A stretch of 64,000 nucleotides of DNA from positions 169,960 through 233,959 of the forward strand of contig MFQZ01000010.1 of NCBI GenBank assembly GCA_001784435.1, read 5' to 3'. This document shows positions 18,662 through 27,075 of this stretch, in pieces. The translations under genes were made by a program, and so were the position numbers. This DNA is from Candidatus Magasanikbacteria bacterium RIFOXYC2_FULL_42_28. Lineage in GTDB: Bacteria; Patescibacteriota; Patescibacteriia; Magasanikbacterales; GWA2-37-8. Positions within the stretch are counted from its first letter, which is position 1. Each line of letters begins with the position of its first letter. Under the pieces are notes generated by a model. That model was given only the letters and a program-made list of their open reading frames with translations, did not search any database and was not told the origin of the DNA.

Positions 18662-19261
18662 ATGCTTCCACTTCGCACCCGCATTTTCATAATCATCAGT
18701 TTAGTGGTTCTGGTAGTTCTGGGTATTAGTGTGTTGGTCTCGGTTTTAAGTAACCGTGAACCATCGGCGCCCACGACCGAGACGCCCGATTCGGTCGTTG
18801 ATTTGCCGGCCGGGACAGTGCTGTATAATGGTGCACCAGTGGTAGTGTCCCCAATAGAAAACGGTTTAACTCCACCGCCCGCACTCACTACTTTAGAGGC
18901 CGAACAAAACAGCGTCCGTCAATTGGCGCGGATTTTTACCATTCGTTATAATTCTTATTCCACGGATGCTAATTATCAAAATATTCGTGAAGTGCAGAGT
19001 TTGGTAACGGACAATTTATGGGCGCAAATTAGCAAACCACTCGCCGGTAACAGCGTTAGCGCCAATTTTTTGGGCGTTACTACCAATGTTATTGGCACGG
19101 AATTATTGTCCTGGGGAAGTGACGTCGCGGTTGTGGCCGTAAAAACCACTTCGGTGCAAGATAAAAATGGAGTAGAAAGTAATTTAGCGCGTAGTGGCAC
19201 GGTGAATTTGGTTAAGACCGACGGTCAATGGTTGGTAGATAAATTTGCATGGGAGAAATGA
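18662..19261 (+). CDS. bitopic membrane protein (N-terminal TM plus ~150-aa extracytoplasmic domain), VirB8-like candidate
   Basis: N-terminal IFIIISLVVLVVLGISVLVSVL helix. Its size and topology match VirB8-type proteins, but no motif was verified. Confidence 0.25.
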   Translation: MLPLRTRIFIIISLVVLVVLGISVLVSVLSNREPSAPTTETPDSVVDLPAGTVLYNGAPVVVSPIENGLTPPPALTTLEAEQNSVRQLARIFTIRYNSYSTDANYQNIREVQSLVTDNLWAQISKPLAGNSVSANFLGVTTNVIGTELLSWGSDVAVVAVKTTSVQDKNGVESNLARSGTVNLVKTDGQWLVDKFAWEK

Positions 19262-19273
19262 CATTCGATTCGT

Positions 19274-19309
19274 TTGTCATTCCCGTGAAAATGGGAATCC
19301 AGTCGTCAA
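19274..19309. repeat. TGTCATT-family palindromic element (ttgtcattcccgtgaaaatgggaatccagtcgtcaa)
   Basis: Near-identical copy at 61844-61879: ctgtcattcccgcgaaagcgggaatccagtcgtcaa. It overlaps the likely comFC start codon. Confidence 0.7.
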
Positions 19310-20007
19310 TTAAAGACAATCTATTTCCCATTTTTTGCGTGGACTGCGGACGGGAAGGGGAGACGTGGTGTGAAAACTGCCGGCGACAATTTGATGTTGC
19401 CGGTATTTTATTTTGTCCGGTTTGTTCTTTGCAGGCAGACAATGGCAAGACCCATTCCACTTGCGCGCGCGCCAATTGGCATTTGGACGGTTTGGTATCT
19501 TTGGTGCCTTATCGCGACAATTCGCCTTTGACACGGTTAATTAAACAATTAAAATATCATTTTGTTTCTGATAACGCCGATTGGATGGCGGATATTTTAC
19601 GAATTTGGTTGGCGTTTAATAGCGAGCGCGTTAAATTTATTTTTAATAATCGGATAATTGTGCCGGTACCGTTACACCGTCGTCGTTTGCGCGAGCGGGG
19701 ATTTAATCAGGCCGAATTAATCGCGGAAGCGTTAAGATTAGTTTTGTCAGAGCGCGGAATTGAAGATAATGTCAGCACTAAATTAGAACGCAGTCGTTAT
19801 ACTAGCGCGCAAGCGCGACTACACGAAGAAGCGAGAGAAAAAAATATGCTCTCTGCTTTTAAATGGCCGGATCAAGAGGTTTGCCCGCGCGCGGTGGTTT
19901 TGGTTGACGATGTTTACACTACCGGCGCCACGATGAATATGGCCGCTGGCGCGCTTAAAGCCGTGGGCGCGCAATCGGTGTGGGGGTTTACTTTATTGCG
20001 TGGGTAA
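19291..20007 (+). CDS. comFC: ComF/ComFC-family phosphoribosyltransferase-like competence protein
   Basis: N-terminal Cys4 zinc-finger (CVDCG...CENC, CPVCS) and C-terminal PRTase motif VVLVDDVYTTGATM. Start could be 19249 (track) or the ATG at 19291. Confidence 0.65.
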   Translation: MGIQSSIKDNLFPIFCVDCGREGETWCENCRRQFDVAGILFCPVCSLQADNGKTHSTCARANWHLDGLVSLVPYRDNSPLTRLIKQLKYHFVSDNADWMADILRIWLAFNSERVKFIFNNRIIVPVPLHRRRLRERGFNQAELIAEALRLVLSERGIEDNVSTKLERSRYTSAQARLHEEAREKNMLSAFKWPDQEVCPRAVVLVDDVYTTGATMNMAAGALKAVGAQSVWGFTLLRG

Positions 20008-20049
20008 TTGACTTTTATTGTTTATTTGATATAATTATAGGCGCAATAC

Positions 20050-20143
20050 GGAGAGGTGGCTGAGCGGTCGAAAGCGGCAGGTTGCTAACCTGTTATACGG
20101 TTGTAAAGCCGTATCGAGGGTTCAAATCCCTCCCTCTCCGCCA
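20050..20143 (+). tRNA. tRNA-Ser (anticodon GCU)
   Basis: Cloverleaf folded by hand: acceptor GGAGAGG/CCTCTCC, anticodon loop TTGCTAA, long variable arm, T-loop TTCAAAT, encoded CCA. Confidence 0.8.
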
Positions 20144-20145
20144 AA

Positions 20146-20186
20146 AATAATAACCCACAAGTGTGGGTTATTATTATTTTTGGATA
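20146..20186. terminator. bidirectional rho-independent terminator (aataacccacaagtgtgggttatt with flanking A/T runs)
   Basis: Perfect stem cccacaagtgtggg, with T-runs on both strands. Sits between convergent tRNA-Ser and the minus-strand beta-helix gene. Confidence 0.7.
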
Positions 20187-20191
20187 ATTTT

Positions 20192-21919
20192 TTATTTCCA
20201 CTCATCCGCCCCAATATCATAAGCACTGCCTTGCGGGCGAGTTTGTCCATCAATATCATTAGTGACAGCGCCAATTGTTTTGCCGGCATCAACTACGCCG
20301 GCAATATTTTGTTTTAGACGTAAATTGCCTGATTGATAATCGACAAACATATCAGCTGTAGCTTGCGAGTGGTTATTTGATAAATCAGCCGAGCCATTAT
20401 CGCGCTTGGCGATTGATTTGTTAACCAAATTATTATAAATTTCCACATTTTTTGTGTCAGCGAATCGATATTCAATCGCCGCCCAATAATTATTTTCCAT
20501 GAAAATGGTATTATTGTAAACTTTCGCGTCCGGAGCGTTCCAAAGGCCAATGCCAACATCGCCGGCAGTGGCGTTGTGGTAAATCATATTATTGCGAATT
20601 ATGCCACCGGTGTGTCTGTTGCTTAAGCCAAAGCCAATGCCACGATCGCTGTTAATGATGGTATTTCGTTCCACGAGCGTGCCTTCGGAATCATTCCAAA
20701 AATGAATAGCGTATTCCGCGATAGTTGAATTGGGGCTACGGATATTTTTAAAGGTATTCCCGCGGATTATCCAATTGACTGAATTGTGCGCGTCAATTCC
20801 GCCGATGTAATTTTGTGGTCCAATGCCGGCGGTGTATTCAAACAGCGAACATTCCACAATGCTATTTTCCGATTTGATTTCTTTGTGTTTATTATCCACC
20901 GATACTTTTAATAATTGTTCGTAGGCGTCAAATAGTCGGACATTGTGGACCAATAAATTATCCGCGTCTTTTTCACCAAATACTTGGATGACATGATTGG
21001 CCACTTGGCCGATGCTCATATCGGCAATAGTAACATTGTCGCCGATGACGCCAAAAATATGGCTGGCCCCACCTTTCATTTTTGGACTTTTGATAAGGAC
21101 TTTATTACGGTCGCCGGACGCGCTTCTAATCGTAACGTTATTTTGGTAGATAAACAGAAAATGTTCGGCCAAATATTCGCCATCATTAAGAAGTATGGTC
21201 ACATTACCGCTGTTGTCATTGGCATTTTTTACCGCGGTTCTTAGTTCTTTCCAGTTAGAAACAGTGACAGTGGCACCGGTTGGGGGCGGAAGTGCCGCGC
21301 AGGCCGAAGATGCCAATACTGGTGTTGGTGGATTGGGGGTTGGCGTTGGAGTTGGTGCTGGCGCAGGAGGCAGAGGTGGTGTAGGTGTTGGTGTAGGCGC
21401 TGGTGCGGGTACGGATGCCGGAGTAGACGCAGGATTGGGTTTAGCCGTTGATTTAGGCGCAACGACCTTAGCTATTTTAGTGGTTATTTTTTTCGGTGCC
21501 ACCGGGGCAGTGGCGTTTTTTAAAATTTTTTCTGGGAAATTAGTGATGATAATTAATCCGCCTAAATAATATTCCGGTCGGGTGGGGTGAAAGCCGACAA
21601 AAACAACCACCTTACTGTCGGTTTTTAAATTTGCAGATTTAGCCGGGACAAGTTTTGTTCCGCTTATCGCCAACACCGGCGTTTTATCTTTATAAATAAT
21701 TTTATCACGTCCGTCTTTGGTTTTTGGAATGGTAATAACTTTGTTGGCCGTGTCTATTTTTTTGATAACGGTTTGGATCATCAGCGGTTTGTCCGGCGCG
21801 CCGATGGTTTGGGCTTGAACACTGCCGGTATTAGTGAGAGATGAATGTTTAATAAATAAAAAAACCAAGACCGTGATCACGGCGCCAACTAAAATTAAAT
21901 TTATTTTATGTTTAAACAT
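20192..21919 (-). CDS. secreted/membrane-anchored protein with Pro/Thr/Ala-rich linker and right-handed parallel beta-helix (pectate-lyase-like) repeats
   Basis: N-terminal hydrophobic anchor; PAPAPTPTPTP linker; repeated N-x-(V/I)-x-I-x-N-N segments typical of beta-helix repeats. Confidence 0.5.
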   Translation of the reverse strand: MFKHKINLILVGAVITVLVFLFIKHSSLTNTGSVQAQTIGAPDKPLMIQTVIKKIDTANKVITIPKTKDGRDKIIYKDKTPVLAISGTKLVPAKSANLKTDSKVVVFVGFHPTRPEYYLGGLIIITNFPEKILKNATAPVAPKKITTKIAKVVAPKSTAKPNPASTPASVPAPAPTPTPTPPLPPAPAPTPTPTPNPPTPVLASSACAALPPPTGATVTVSNWKELRTAVKNANDNSGNVTILLNDGEYLAEHFLFIYQNNVTIRSASGDRNKVLIKSPKMKGGASHIFGVIGDNVTIADMSIGQVANHVIQVFGEKDADNLLVHNVRLFDAYEQLLKVSVDNKHKEIKSENSIVECSLFEYTAGIGPQNYIGGIDAHNSVNWIIRGNTFKNIRSPNSTIAEYAIHFWNDSEGTLVERNTIINSDRGIGFGLSNRHTGGIIRNNMIYHNATAGDVGIGLWNAPDAKVYNNTIFMENNYWAAIEYRFADTKNVEIYNNLVNKSIAKRDNGSADLSNNHSQATADMFVDYQSGNLRLKQNIAGVVDAGKTIGAVTNDIDGQTRPQGSAYDIGADEWK

Positions 21920-21954
21920 ATTTCTATCCTAACACGGATTTTGGCCTTTGGCAA

Positions 21955-21990
21955 ATAAAAAACCGCTCATACAGTATATGAGCGGTATCA
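21955..21990 (-). terminator. rho-independent terminator for the 22002-22310 minus-strand gene
   Basis: 9-bp perfect stem ccgctcata/tatgagcgg, followed on the minus strand by TTTTTTT. Confidence 0.6.
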
Positions 21991-22001
21991 CGATTAATTT
22001 T

Positions 22002-22310
22002 TTAAGCCGCCAAGCCATCTTCTTCCCGCAGTGCCTTTTCTTCTTTTTCTATTTCTGCGAGCATTTGTTGCCTTTTTAGCGCTGTTTGAAAAGCAGTAAG
22101 ATCATCAACTTCTACCCCCTTTATTTCGTCCGGATCAAGTGGTATGGCGCCAATATCCGTTATTTCTTCTAAATTATTCAAACTACGATCAATATCTGCT
22201 TCACGAATATCGTCGAGCACCGTCCCGCGTTGGCTTTTTTTCGGGTTAAGAAATTCTTTGGCTAATTTTTCACTATCGGGGATGCCCATTTCTGTTTCTC
22301 TTAAATTCAT
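22002..22310 (-). CDS. small acidic hypothetical protein (102 aa)
   Basis: ORF with a matching downstream terminator; no motif recognised. Confidence 0.4.
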   Translation of the reverse strand: MNLRETEMGIPDSEKLAKEFLNPKKSQRGTVLDDIREADIDRSLNNLEEITDIGAIPLDPDEIKGVEVDDLTAFQTALKRQQMLAEIEKEEKALREEDGLAA

Positions 22311-22397
22311 ATAATTTTTTTATTAAATTTTCGCTAATGTTAGCGTAAAACAATGGTATTATAGCACATTTTAGCATTTTTGTCAATACCCCCACTC

Positions 22398-22425
22398 TTG
22401 ACATATTTTTTAAACCTGATATAAT
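22398..22425 (+). promoter_or_regulatory. sigma70-like promoter TTGACA-N16-TATAAT for rplJ-rplL
   Basis: Hexamers read directly. Confidence 0.5.
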
Positions 22426-22434
22426 GCTTTTAAC

Positions 22435-22651
22435 CATAGACAGCAGGGGCTCAAAAAGCTTAATCATCCTGCCGAGGTGCAAAAGTGATTTATCACTTCA
22501 ATTGTCGATTTGCGCTTATAGGTCTGTGGAAAACACAGATTTTTTATTTACTGGCTTGAAAATTTTGATCCGCCTCGGGCGGAGAAAAAATTTTCACTAG
22601 CAGTAATTATCCCGGCCTTGGCCGGGATAATCCATAGTAATATAGGATAGT
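22435..22651 (+). promoter_or_regulatory. long structured 5' leader of rplJ (L10-leader-like autoregulatory region)
   Basis: Hairpins ctgtggaaaacacag, ccgcctcgggcgg and ttatcccggccttggccgggataa directly upstream of rplJ. The L10(L12)4 complex is known to regulate via such leaders. Confidence 0.45.
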
Positions 22652-23179
22652 ATGCCTAAATCAAAACAACAAAAAGAAACCAGTATCCAGTCGCTCGTGG
22701 CCGGTATTAAATCCGCCAAGACGACTGTATTCGCCAACTTTCAAGGCGTGAAGGTGAAGGACTCCGAAAAATTGCGCCGTGATTGTCGCGCTGGTAATAT
22801 TACCGTGCTGGCCACCAAAAAAACTCTTTTACGTCGGGCTCTTTCCGAAGTGGGCGTACAAGATGTTGATACGAAAATATTTTCCGGCGGTGTGGCCGTA
22901 TATATGGGCCAAGATGAAATTTCCGCGCCCAAGGCCGTGGCAAATTTTGCCAAAACCAACGAGTTGTCCGCTATCTTTGGTGGATTGTTTGAAGGGAAAT
23001 TTGTCAATGCGTCGCAGATCAAAGCATTGGCGTCACTCCCAACCAAACAGCAATTACTCGGTCAATTGGTTGGCACCTTAAATGCGCCGATATCCGGCTT
23101 TGTCAATGTGTTAGCCGGCAATTTACGTGGACTTGTTTCTGTTCTTAATAATATTTCCGAGGCGAAAGCCAAAGTATAG
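22652..23179 (+). CDS. rplJ: 50S ribosomal protein L10
   Basis: Characteristic L10 sequence; followed by rplL. Confidence 0.85.
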   Translation: MPKSKQQKETSIQSLVAGIKSAKTTVFANFQGVKVKDSEKLRRDCRAGNITVLATKKTLLRRALSEVGVQDVDTKIFSGGVAVYMGQDEISAPKAVANFAKTNELSAIFGGLFEGKFVNASQIKALASLPTKQQLLGQLVGTLNAPISGFVNVLAGNLRGLVSVLNNISEAKAKV

Positions 23180-23232
23180 CCCTGAAGTAAAAAATCATTT
23201 TCTACTTCACGAGTTTAATTTAATATAAATAT

Positions 23233-23637
23233 ATGACTGACGAACAAAAAGTAGTTGAGGTGCCGGCCAAGTTCCAGGCCCTCGTAAGCGAGATTGAAAA
23301 GATGTCTGTTTTGGATCTTTCCGAATTAGTTAAAGTGTTAGAAGATAAATTTGGCGTTTCCGCCGCCGCTCCAGCCATGATGATGGCCGCCGCTCCGGCC
23401 GCTGGTGGCGCTGCCGCCGAAGAGAAAACCGAATTTAACGTTGAGTTGACTGAAGCCGGTGCACAAAAAATCAACGTCATTAAGGCCGTCAAAGAATTGA
23501 CCGGCTTGGGCTTGGCTGATGCCAAAGCGATCGTTGACGCCGCTCCGAAGATGATTAAAGAAGGTGTTAAAAAAGAAGACGCCGAAGCGATGAAGAAGAA
23601 AATTGAAGAAGCGGGCGGTAAGGTGACGTTAAAGTAA
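23233..23637 (+). CDS. rplL: 50S ribosomal protein L7/L12
   Basis: Ala-rich hinge and conserved C-terminal domain (KEAKDLVE-like; EAGGKVTLK end). Confidence 0.9.
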   Translation: MTDEQKVVEVPAKFQALVSEIEKMSVLDLSELVKVLEDKFGVSAAAPAMMMAAAPAAGGAAAEEKTEFNVELTEAGAQKINVIKAVKELTGLGLADAKAIVDAAPKMIKEGVKKEDAEAMKKKIEEAGGKVTLK

Positions 23638-23653
23638 TTACAGCGTAATTAAA

Positions 23654-23690
23654 AAAATCCCATGATGTAAATTCGTGGGATTTTTTTGTT
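23654..23690. terminator. bidirectional terminator after rplL (aaaatccca...tgggatttttttg)
   Basis: 9-bp stem plus T-run; the convergent minus-strand gene ends at 23690. Confidence 0.55.
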
Positions 23691-25954
23691 TATGGCAAAT
23701 TCACTTGATATAATTTGCCGTCATCGGCGATAAACGCGCGTTTGTTGGCTTCTTCCACTATTAGTCCTTCCGGATTTTTCCAATCTTGATGCTCAATTTG
23801 CGCTACTAAACGGCCGTCTTTATTAACTATAATTAACCGTTTGCCAACTGAATCCAAAATATATAAATTATTTATATCATTGTAAGTCCAAAGTTCGCTG
23901 GCCGAAAAGAGTAGGGGGTATAATCCCTGCAAAGCAAATGTTTGTTTGGCACCTCCGGCCCATTTGCCAATTTCGCCACTGCTGTGAGATAGATACAGAT
24001 CACCATCAATCGTTAGGTCAAAGGCGTCGGACAAAGAGTCCTGATCGGATTTTGACCATTGTTGACCCGGTCCAAAACCGTTGGTGATACTGTCGTGGCG
24101 ATAAATTTGACGGCTCGTAGCGTCCACGCTGTATAAGCGTCGGTTATACACCACCACTGTTGTTATTTTGGGATTATCGCCCGGGAAATCACTGTTGATT
24201 TTTTTTACCAGATTTTCGCCTGGCAGATATTGCGCCAAAGATGATTCATTATATAAAAGAACGGCATAGTCGTTTTCTTTGGGCACCGCCACGTCGTTAA
24301 ATCCCGGTAAACCGGTGTCGATCAGGTTGGTTTCTTTGGTTGATAGATCATAAAGGTACAATGAGGGCGACGACGAGGAATAAAGCGCGAGAGTGTTTTT
24401 AATTTTAAATAAGCGATTGGCGCCGGTATCGGGCCATTCTGACAAAATTACGGCGTTAGCGGCTGATATTTTGCGTAAACGCGCGAGTAATTCATCGGTC
24501 TGTTCGTTTAAAGCCAAGCATTGTTGTTTTTGGATTTTTGTTTCGCAATTCATCGTGTCTAAAATATTTTTAGCAGTAGCCAGTTCGGTCAGCGCGGCAT
24601 TGTCATCGCCGTAAACCAAGGCGCTTTCGGCACTATCTTTTTTAACAGTAACAGCGGAAAGATTGTCGTTAAAAATTTTTGCCTGTTCTTTTTCCAGGCG
24701 ACGAGTATTAAGATAAAAAATACTAATAATAAATATGACAACGATGAGAGTCGCCGCGACAAACAGCAGTTTGGTTATTTTGGGCATTTGATTGAAATAG
24801 AGCCGGATATTTTGAATTTGTCGACGCCAGTCGTTTAAGGTATTTTGCCGGCGATTTTGAAAATTGGTGGCGACGAAAAATAGTGTCATTATAAATCGGC
24901 CGATTTCGATAATTAATTTCGCGATTAATACTAAGAACCACCAGATGCCCAAGACCGTCAAGCGGATTGCTTTGGCGATATAGGCCAAAGCAATTTTAAT
25001 TCCGGCGGTGGAATTGTTTGGTTCGCGTCCGGCGACGGATTGGTGGCGCGAATGCAAATGAGTGGAATTTATTTGGGTGGGGGTGTTAGCCGGCGCGACT
25101 CGGCGCAACGGTTCGTTTTGTGGTTGTCCGTGGAGCGCGGTTTGGACGCGTTCATTCAAACCCGGGAATAGTGAAGGTGCCAATGTGCTGGCAGTGCGTT
25201 TTTCAGTGGAAAAGAGATTTTTTAAAGACCGTTCCGATTGCCCTTTATTTGGGTTGGGCGGGTTATCTTTGCCTACGGCCAGGGTAGCGACAGTGTCGGT
25301 TAAGTGCAAGATGATACCACCAAACGATAAATTATTGCGTAACTCTCCCAAAACTTTTTCTAAATGTTGCGCGCTTTGACGGGGCGGGCGAGCGGTGATG
25401 ATTTTTTGGAGACGGTCGCCGTTAAAATAGCGCAAAACATTTGGCGTACTGACAAACATAAAATCGTTGGGGCTGATTTTGCCTTGGATCAGTTGTGAAA
25501 ATAATGGTGGCTCCTCGTCATTTTCTTCCGCGCCCGATTCGGTTAAATCCATTCGTTCGTATGATCCGGCGCGATTATTGTAAAATAGAAAAATTTGCGG
25601 TTGTCCATGGAAAGAAAAAGACGCTTCTTTTTGGCGGATAACTCCAATCGCGCAATGCAGGCCGTCGGTGGTTGTTAATACCCAGCGTTCGCGGTTGATT
25701 TTTTTGAGAACTGTTTCCAAGCCGTGTTCTCCATCTGTTTCCGTTAAATTATAATATTCGCTTTCCGCGTCTTCAATTATTTTTTGAACAGCCACAATGT
25801 CGCGCTCCGAAGCGTTGTTCATTTCACAGACGGCAAAAAAATTACCCTTGGACATTTCTTCGGGCGTGGACGGTTCGGTGATGTGCAGGAGCACGTGCGA
25901 TTGTCGGGGTTTACCGCCCTCGACAAAAAATTCTTGTAATTGCAAACTTTCCAT
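23690..25954 (-). CDS. large membrane protein (754 aa): N-terminal soluble domain, central TM helices, coiled coil, C-terminal repeat-rich (propeller-like) domain
   Basis: Hydrophobic segments IWWFLVLIAKLIIEIGRFIMTLFFV and LLFVAATLIVVIFIISIFYL in mid-protein. Function unknown. Confidence 0.45.
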   Translation of the reverse strand: MESLQLQEFFVEGGKPRQSHVLLHITEPSTPEEMSKGNFFAVCEMNNASERDIVAVQKIIEDAESEYYNLTETDGEHGLETVLKKINRERWVLTTTDGLHCAIGVIRQKEASFSFHGQPQIFLFYNNRAGSYERMDLTESGAEENDEEPPLFSQLIQGKISPNDFMFVSTPNVLRYFNGDRLQKIITARPPRQSAQHLEKVLGELRNNLSFGGIILHLTDTVATLAVGKDNPPNPNKGQSERSLKNLFSTEKRTASTLAPSLFPGLNERVQTALHGQPQNEPLRRVAPANTPTQINSTHLHSRHQSVAGREPNNSTAGIKIALAYIAKAIRLTVLGIWWFLVLIAKLIIEIGRFIMTLFFVATNFQNRRQNTLNDWRRQIQNIRLYFNQMPKITKLLFVAATLIVVIFIISIFYLNTRRLEKEQAKIFNDNLSAVTVKKDSAESALVYGDDNAALTELATAKNILDTMNCETKIQKQQCLALNEQTDELLARLRKISAANAVILSEWPDTGANRLFKIKNTLALYSSSSPSLYLYDLSTKETNLIDTGLPGFNDVAVPKENDYAVLLYNESSLAQYLPGENLVKKINSDFPGDNPKITTVVVYNRRLYSVDATSRQIYRHDSITNGFGPGQQWSKSDQDSLSDAFDLTIDGDLYLSHSSGEIGKWAGGAKQTFALQGLYPLLFSASELWTYNDINNLYILDSVGKRLIIVNKDGRLVAQIEHQDWKNPEGLIVEEANKRAFIADDGKLYQVNLP

Positions 25955-25974
25955 AAGTAGATAGAGGACTAATT

Positions 25975-26003
25975 TTGACTTTTAACCACATAATTAGTAT
26001 ACT
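25975..26003 (+). promoter_or_regulatory. sigma70-like promoter TTGACT-N17-TATACT driving the 26100 gene
   Basis: Hexamers read directly in the divergent intergenic region. Confidence 0.45.
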
Positions 26004-26099
26004 ATATCTATCAAGAAAAACCAAGCCCCGACGAACAAGAGGTGTTGTTGGGGCAGGGAGTTTTCCCCAGTTGAATTAACACTTAATTTAAGACAAAAT

Positions 26100-26696
26100 A
26101 TGCTTGAACACATTATTGGTTCAACCACGCGTTTGAAATTATTACAGATTTTTTTTAACGCTCCGGATCGTTCTTTTTTTGTGCGGGAATTATCCCGTTT
26201 GGCCGACACTCAATTAAACGGGGTACGGCGAGAATTGGCGAATTTTGAAGATATTGAATTGGTTAAACAAGTGGAGGCCGACAAGACCTCGGTAGATGAA
26301 TTGGGCACGGAACGTTCCAAGTATTATCGCCTTAATCCGGATTTTTATTTGTTGGAAGAATTAAAGGCCTTGTTACTAAAAGCGCGCGTTTTAGAAGAAC
26401 AGCATTATGTTGATTTAATCAAGAATCGCGCGGGTGAAATTAAACTTTTTTTGTTGATGGGGCGTTTTACCGGCAATGTTGGCGCGTCTACGGATATGTT
26501 TATTGTCGGCAAAATTAAGCCGGTGGCTCTGGCTAAAATTATTCGCGATTTTGAAAAATTTTTGGGCCAACCGTTGCGTTACACTTTAATGGAAGCCAAA
26601 GAATACGCGGACCGACGGGAAATCGGCGATAAGTTTTTGTATAGTGTTTTTGAATCCCGCTACCGAGTGGTAGTGGACGAAGGAATGTTGCGATAG
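26100..26696 (+). CDS. winged-helix (ArsR-like) domain protein, function unknown
   Basis: N-terminal RLKLLQIFFNAPDRSFFVRELSRLADTQLNGVRRELANFEDIELV resembles a wHTH domain. Confidence 0.35.
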   Translation: MLEHIIGSTTRLKLLQIFFNAPDRSFFVRELSRLADTQLNGVRRELANFEDIELVKQVEADKTSVDELGTERSKYYRLNPDFYLLEELKALLLKARVLEEQHYVDLIKNRAGEIKLFLLMGRFTGNVGASTDMFIVGKIKPVALAKIIRDFEKFLGQPLRYTLMEAKEYADRREIGDKFLYSVFESRYRVVVDEGMLR

Positions 26697-26700
26697 TAAT

Positions 26701-27072
26701 ATGTTTTTAGTAATTGATTCTTCCGCGCCCGACCAGGTAAATTTATCATTATGGTTGAATACCGTTTGGGTTCACGGTTACTTTTTGGCATCCGCGCCCC
26801 TGCTCGTAAGTATTGACAAGTTTTTAAAACAACAACAAAAGACCGTGGCGGATTTAAAAGGGGTAGTCGTTGTGGTTGGGCGCGGTCGATTTACGGCTAC
26901 GCGTGTGGCTACTACCGTTGCCAATACTTTGGCTTACGTTTTAAATATCACTGTGATCGCGGTTACCGAAATTGATTGGGAAAAATTGCCGGAACAAATT
27001 AGGTCCGCGCCGACTAACCAATATGCGAGCGCGCTATATAGTGGTGAAGCGCATATCGGCCGGAAAAAGTAA
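26701..27072 (+). CDS. short TsaB/YeaZ-like protein (t6A biosynthesis partner of TsaD), truncated form
   Basis: N-terminal MFLVIDSSAPDQVNLSL matches the MxILxIDTS...ALxL pattern. VVVGRGRFTATRVATTVANTLAYVL matches the GPGSFTGxRIGvaxAkGLA segment. Only 123 aa. Confidence 0.4.
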   Translation: MFLVIDSSAPDQVNLSLWLNTVWVHGYFLASAPLLVSIDKFLKQQQKTVADLKGVVVVVGRGRFTATRVATTVANTLAYVLNITVIAVTEIDWEKLPEQIRSAPTNQYASALYSGEAHIGRKK

Positions 27073-27075
27073 TTT

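Noticed and set aside
21195-21569. Plus-strand 124-aa ORF rich in Gly/Val/Ala
   Set aside because: It is the antisense reading of the Pro/Thr/Ala linker region of the minus-strand beta-helix gene; a compositional artefact.
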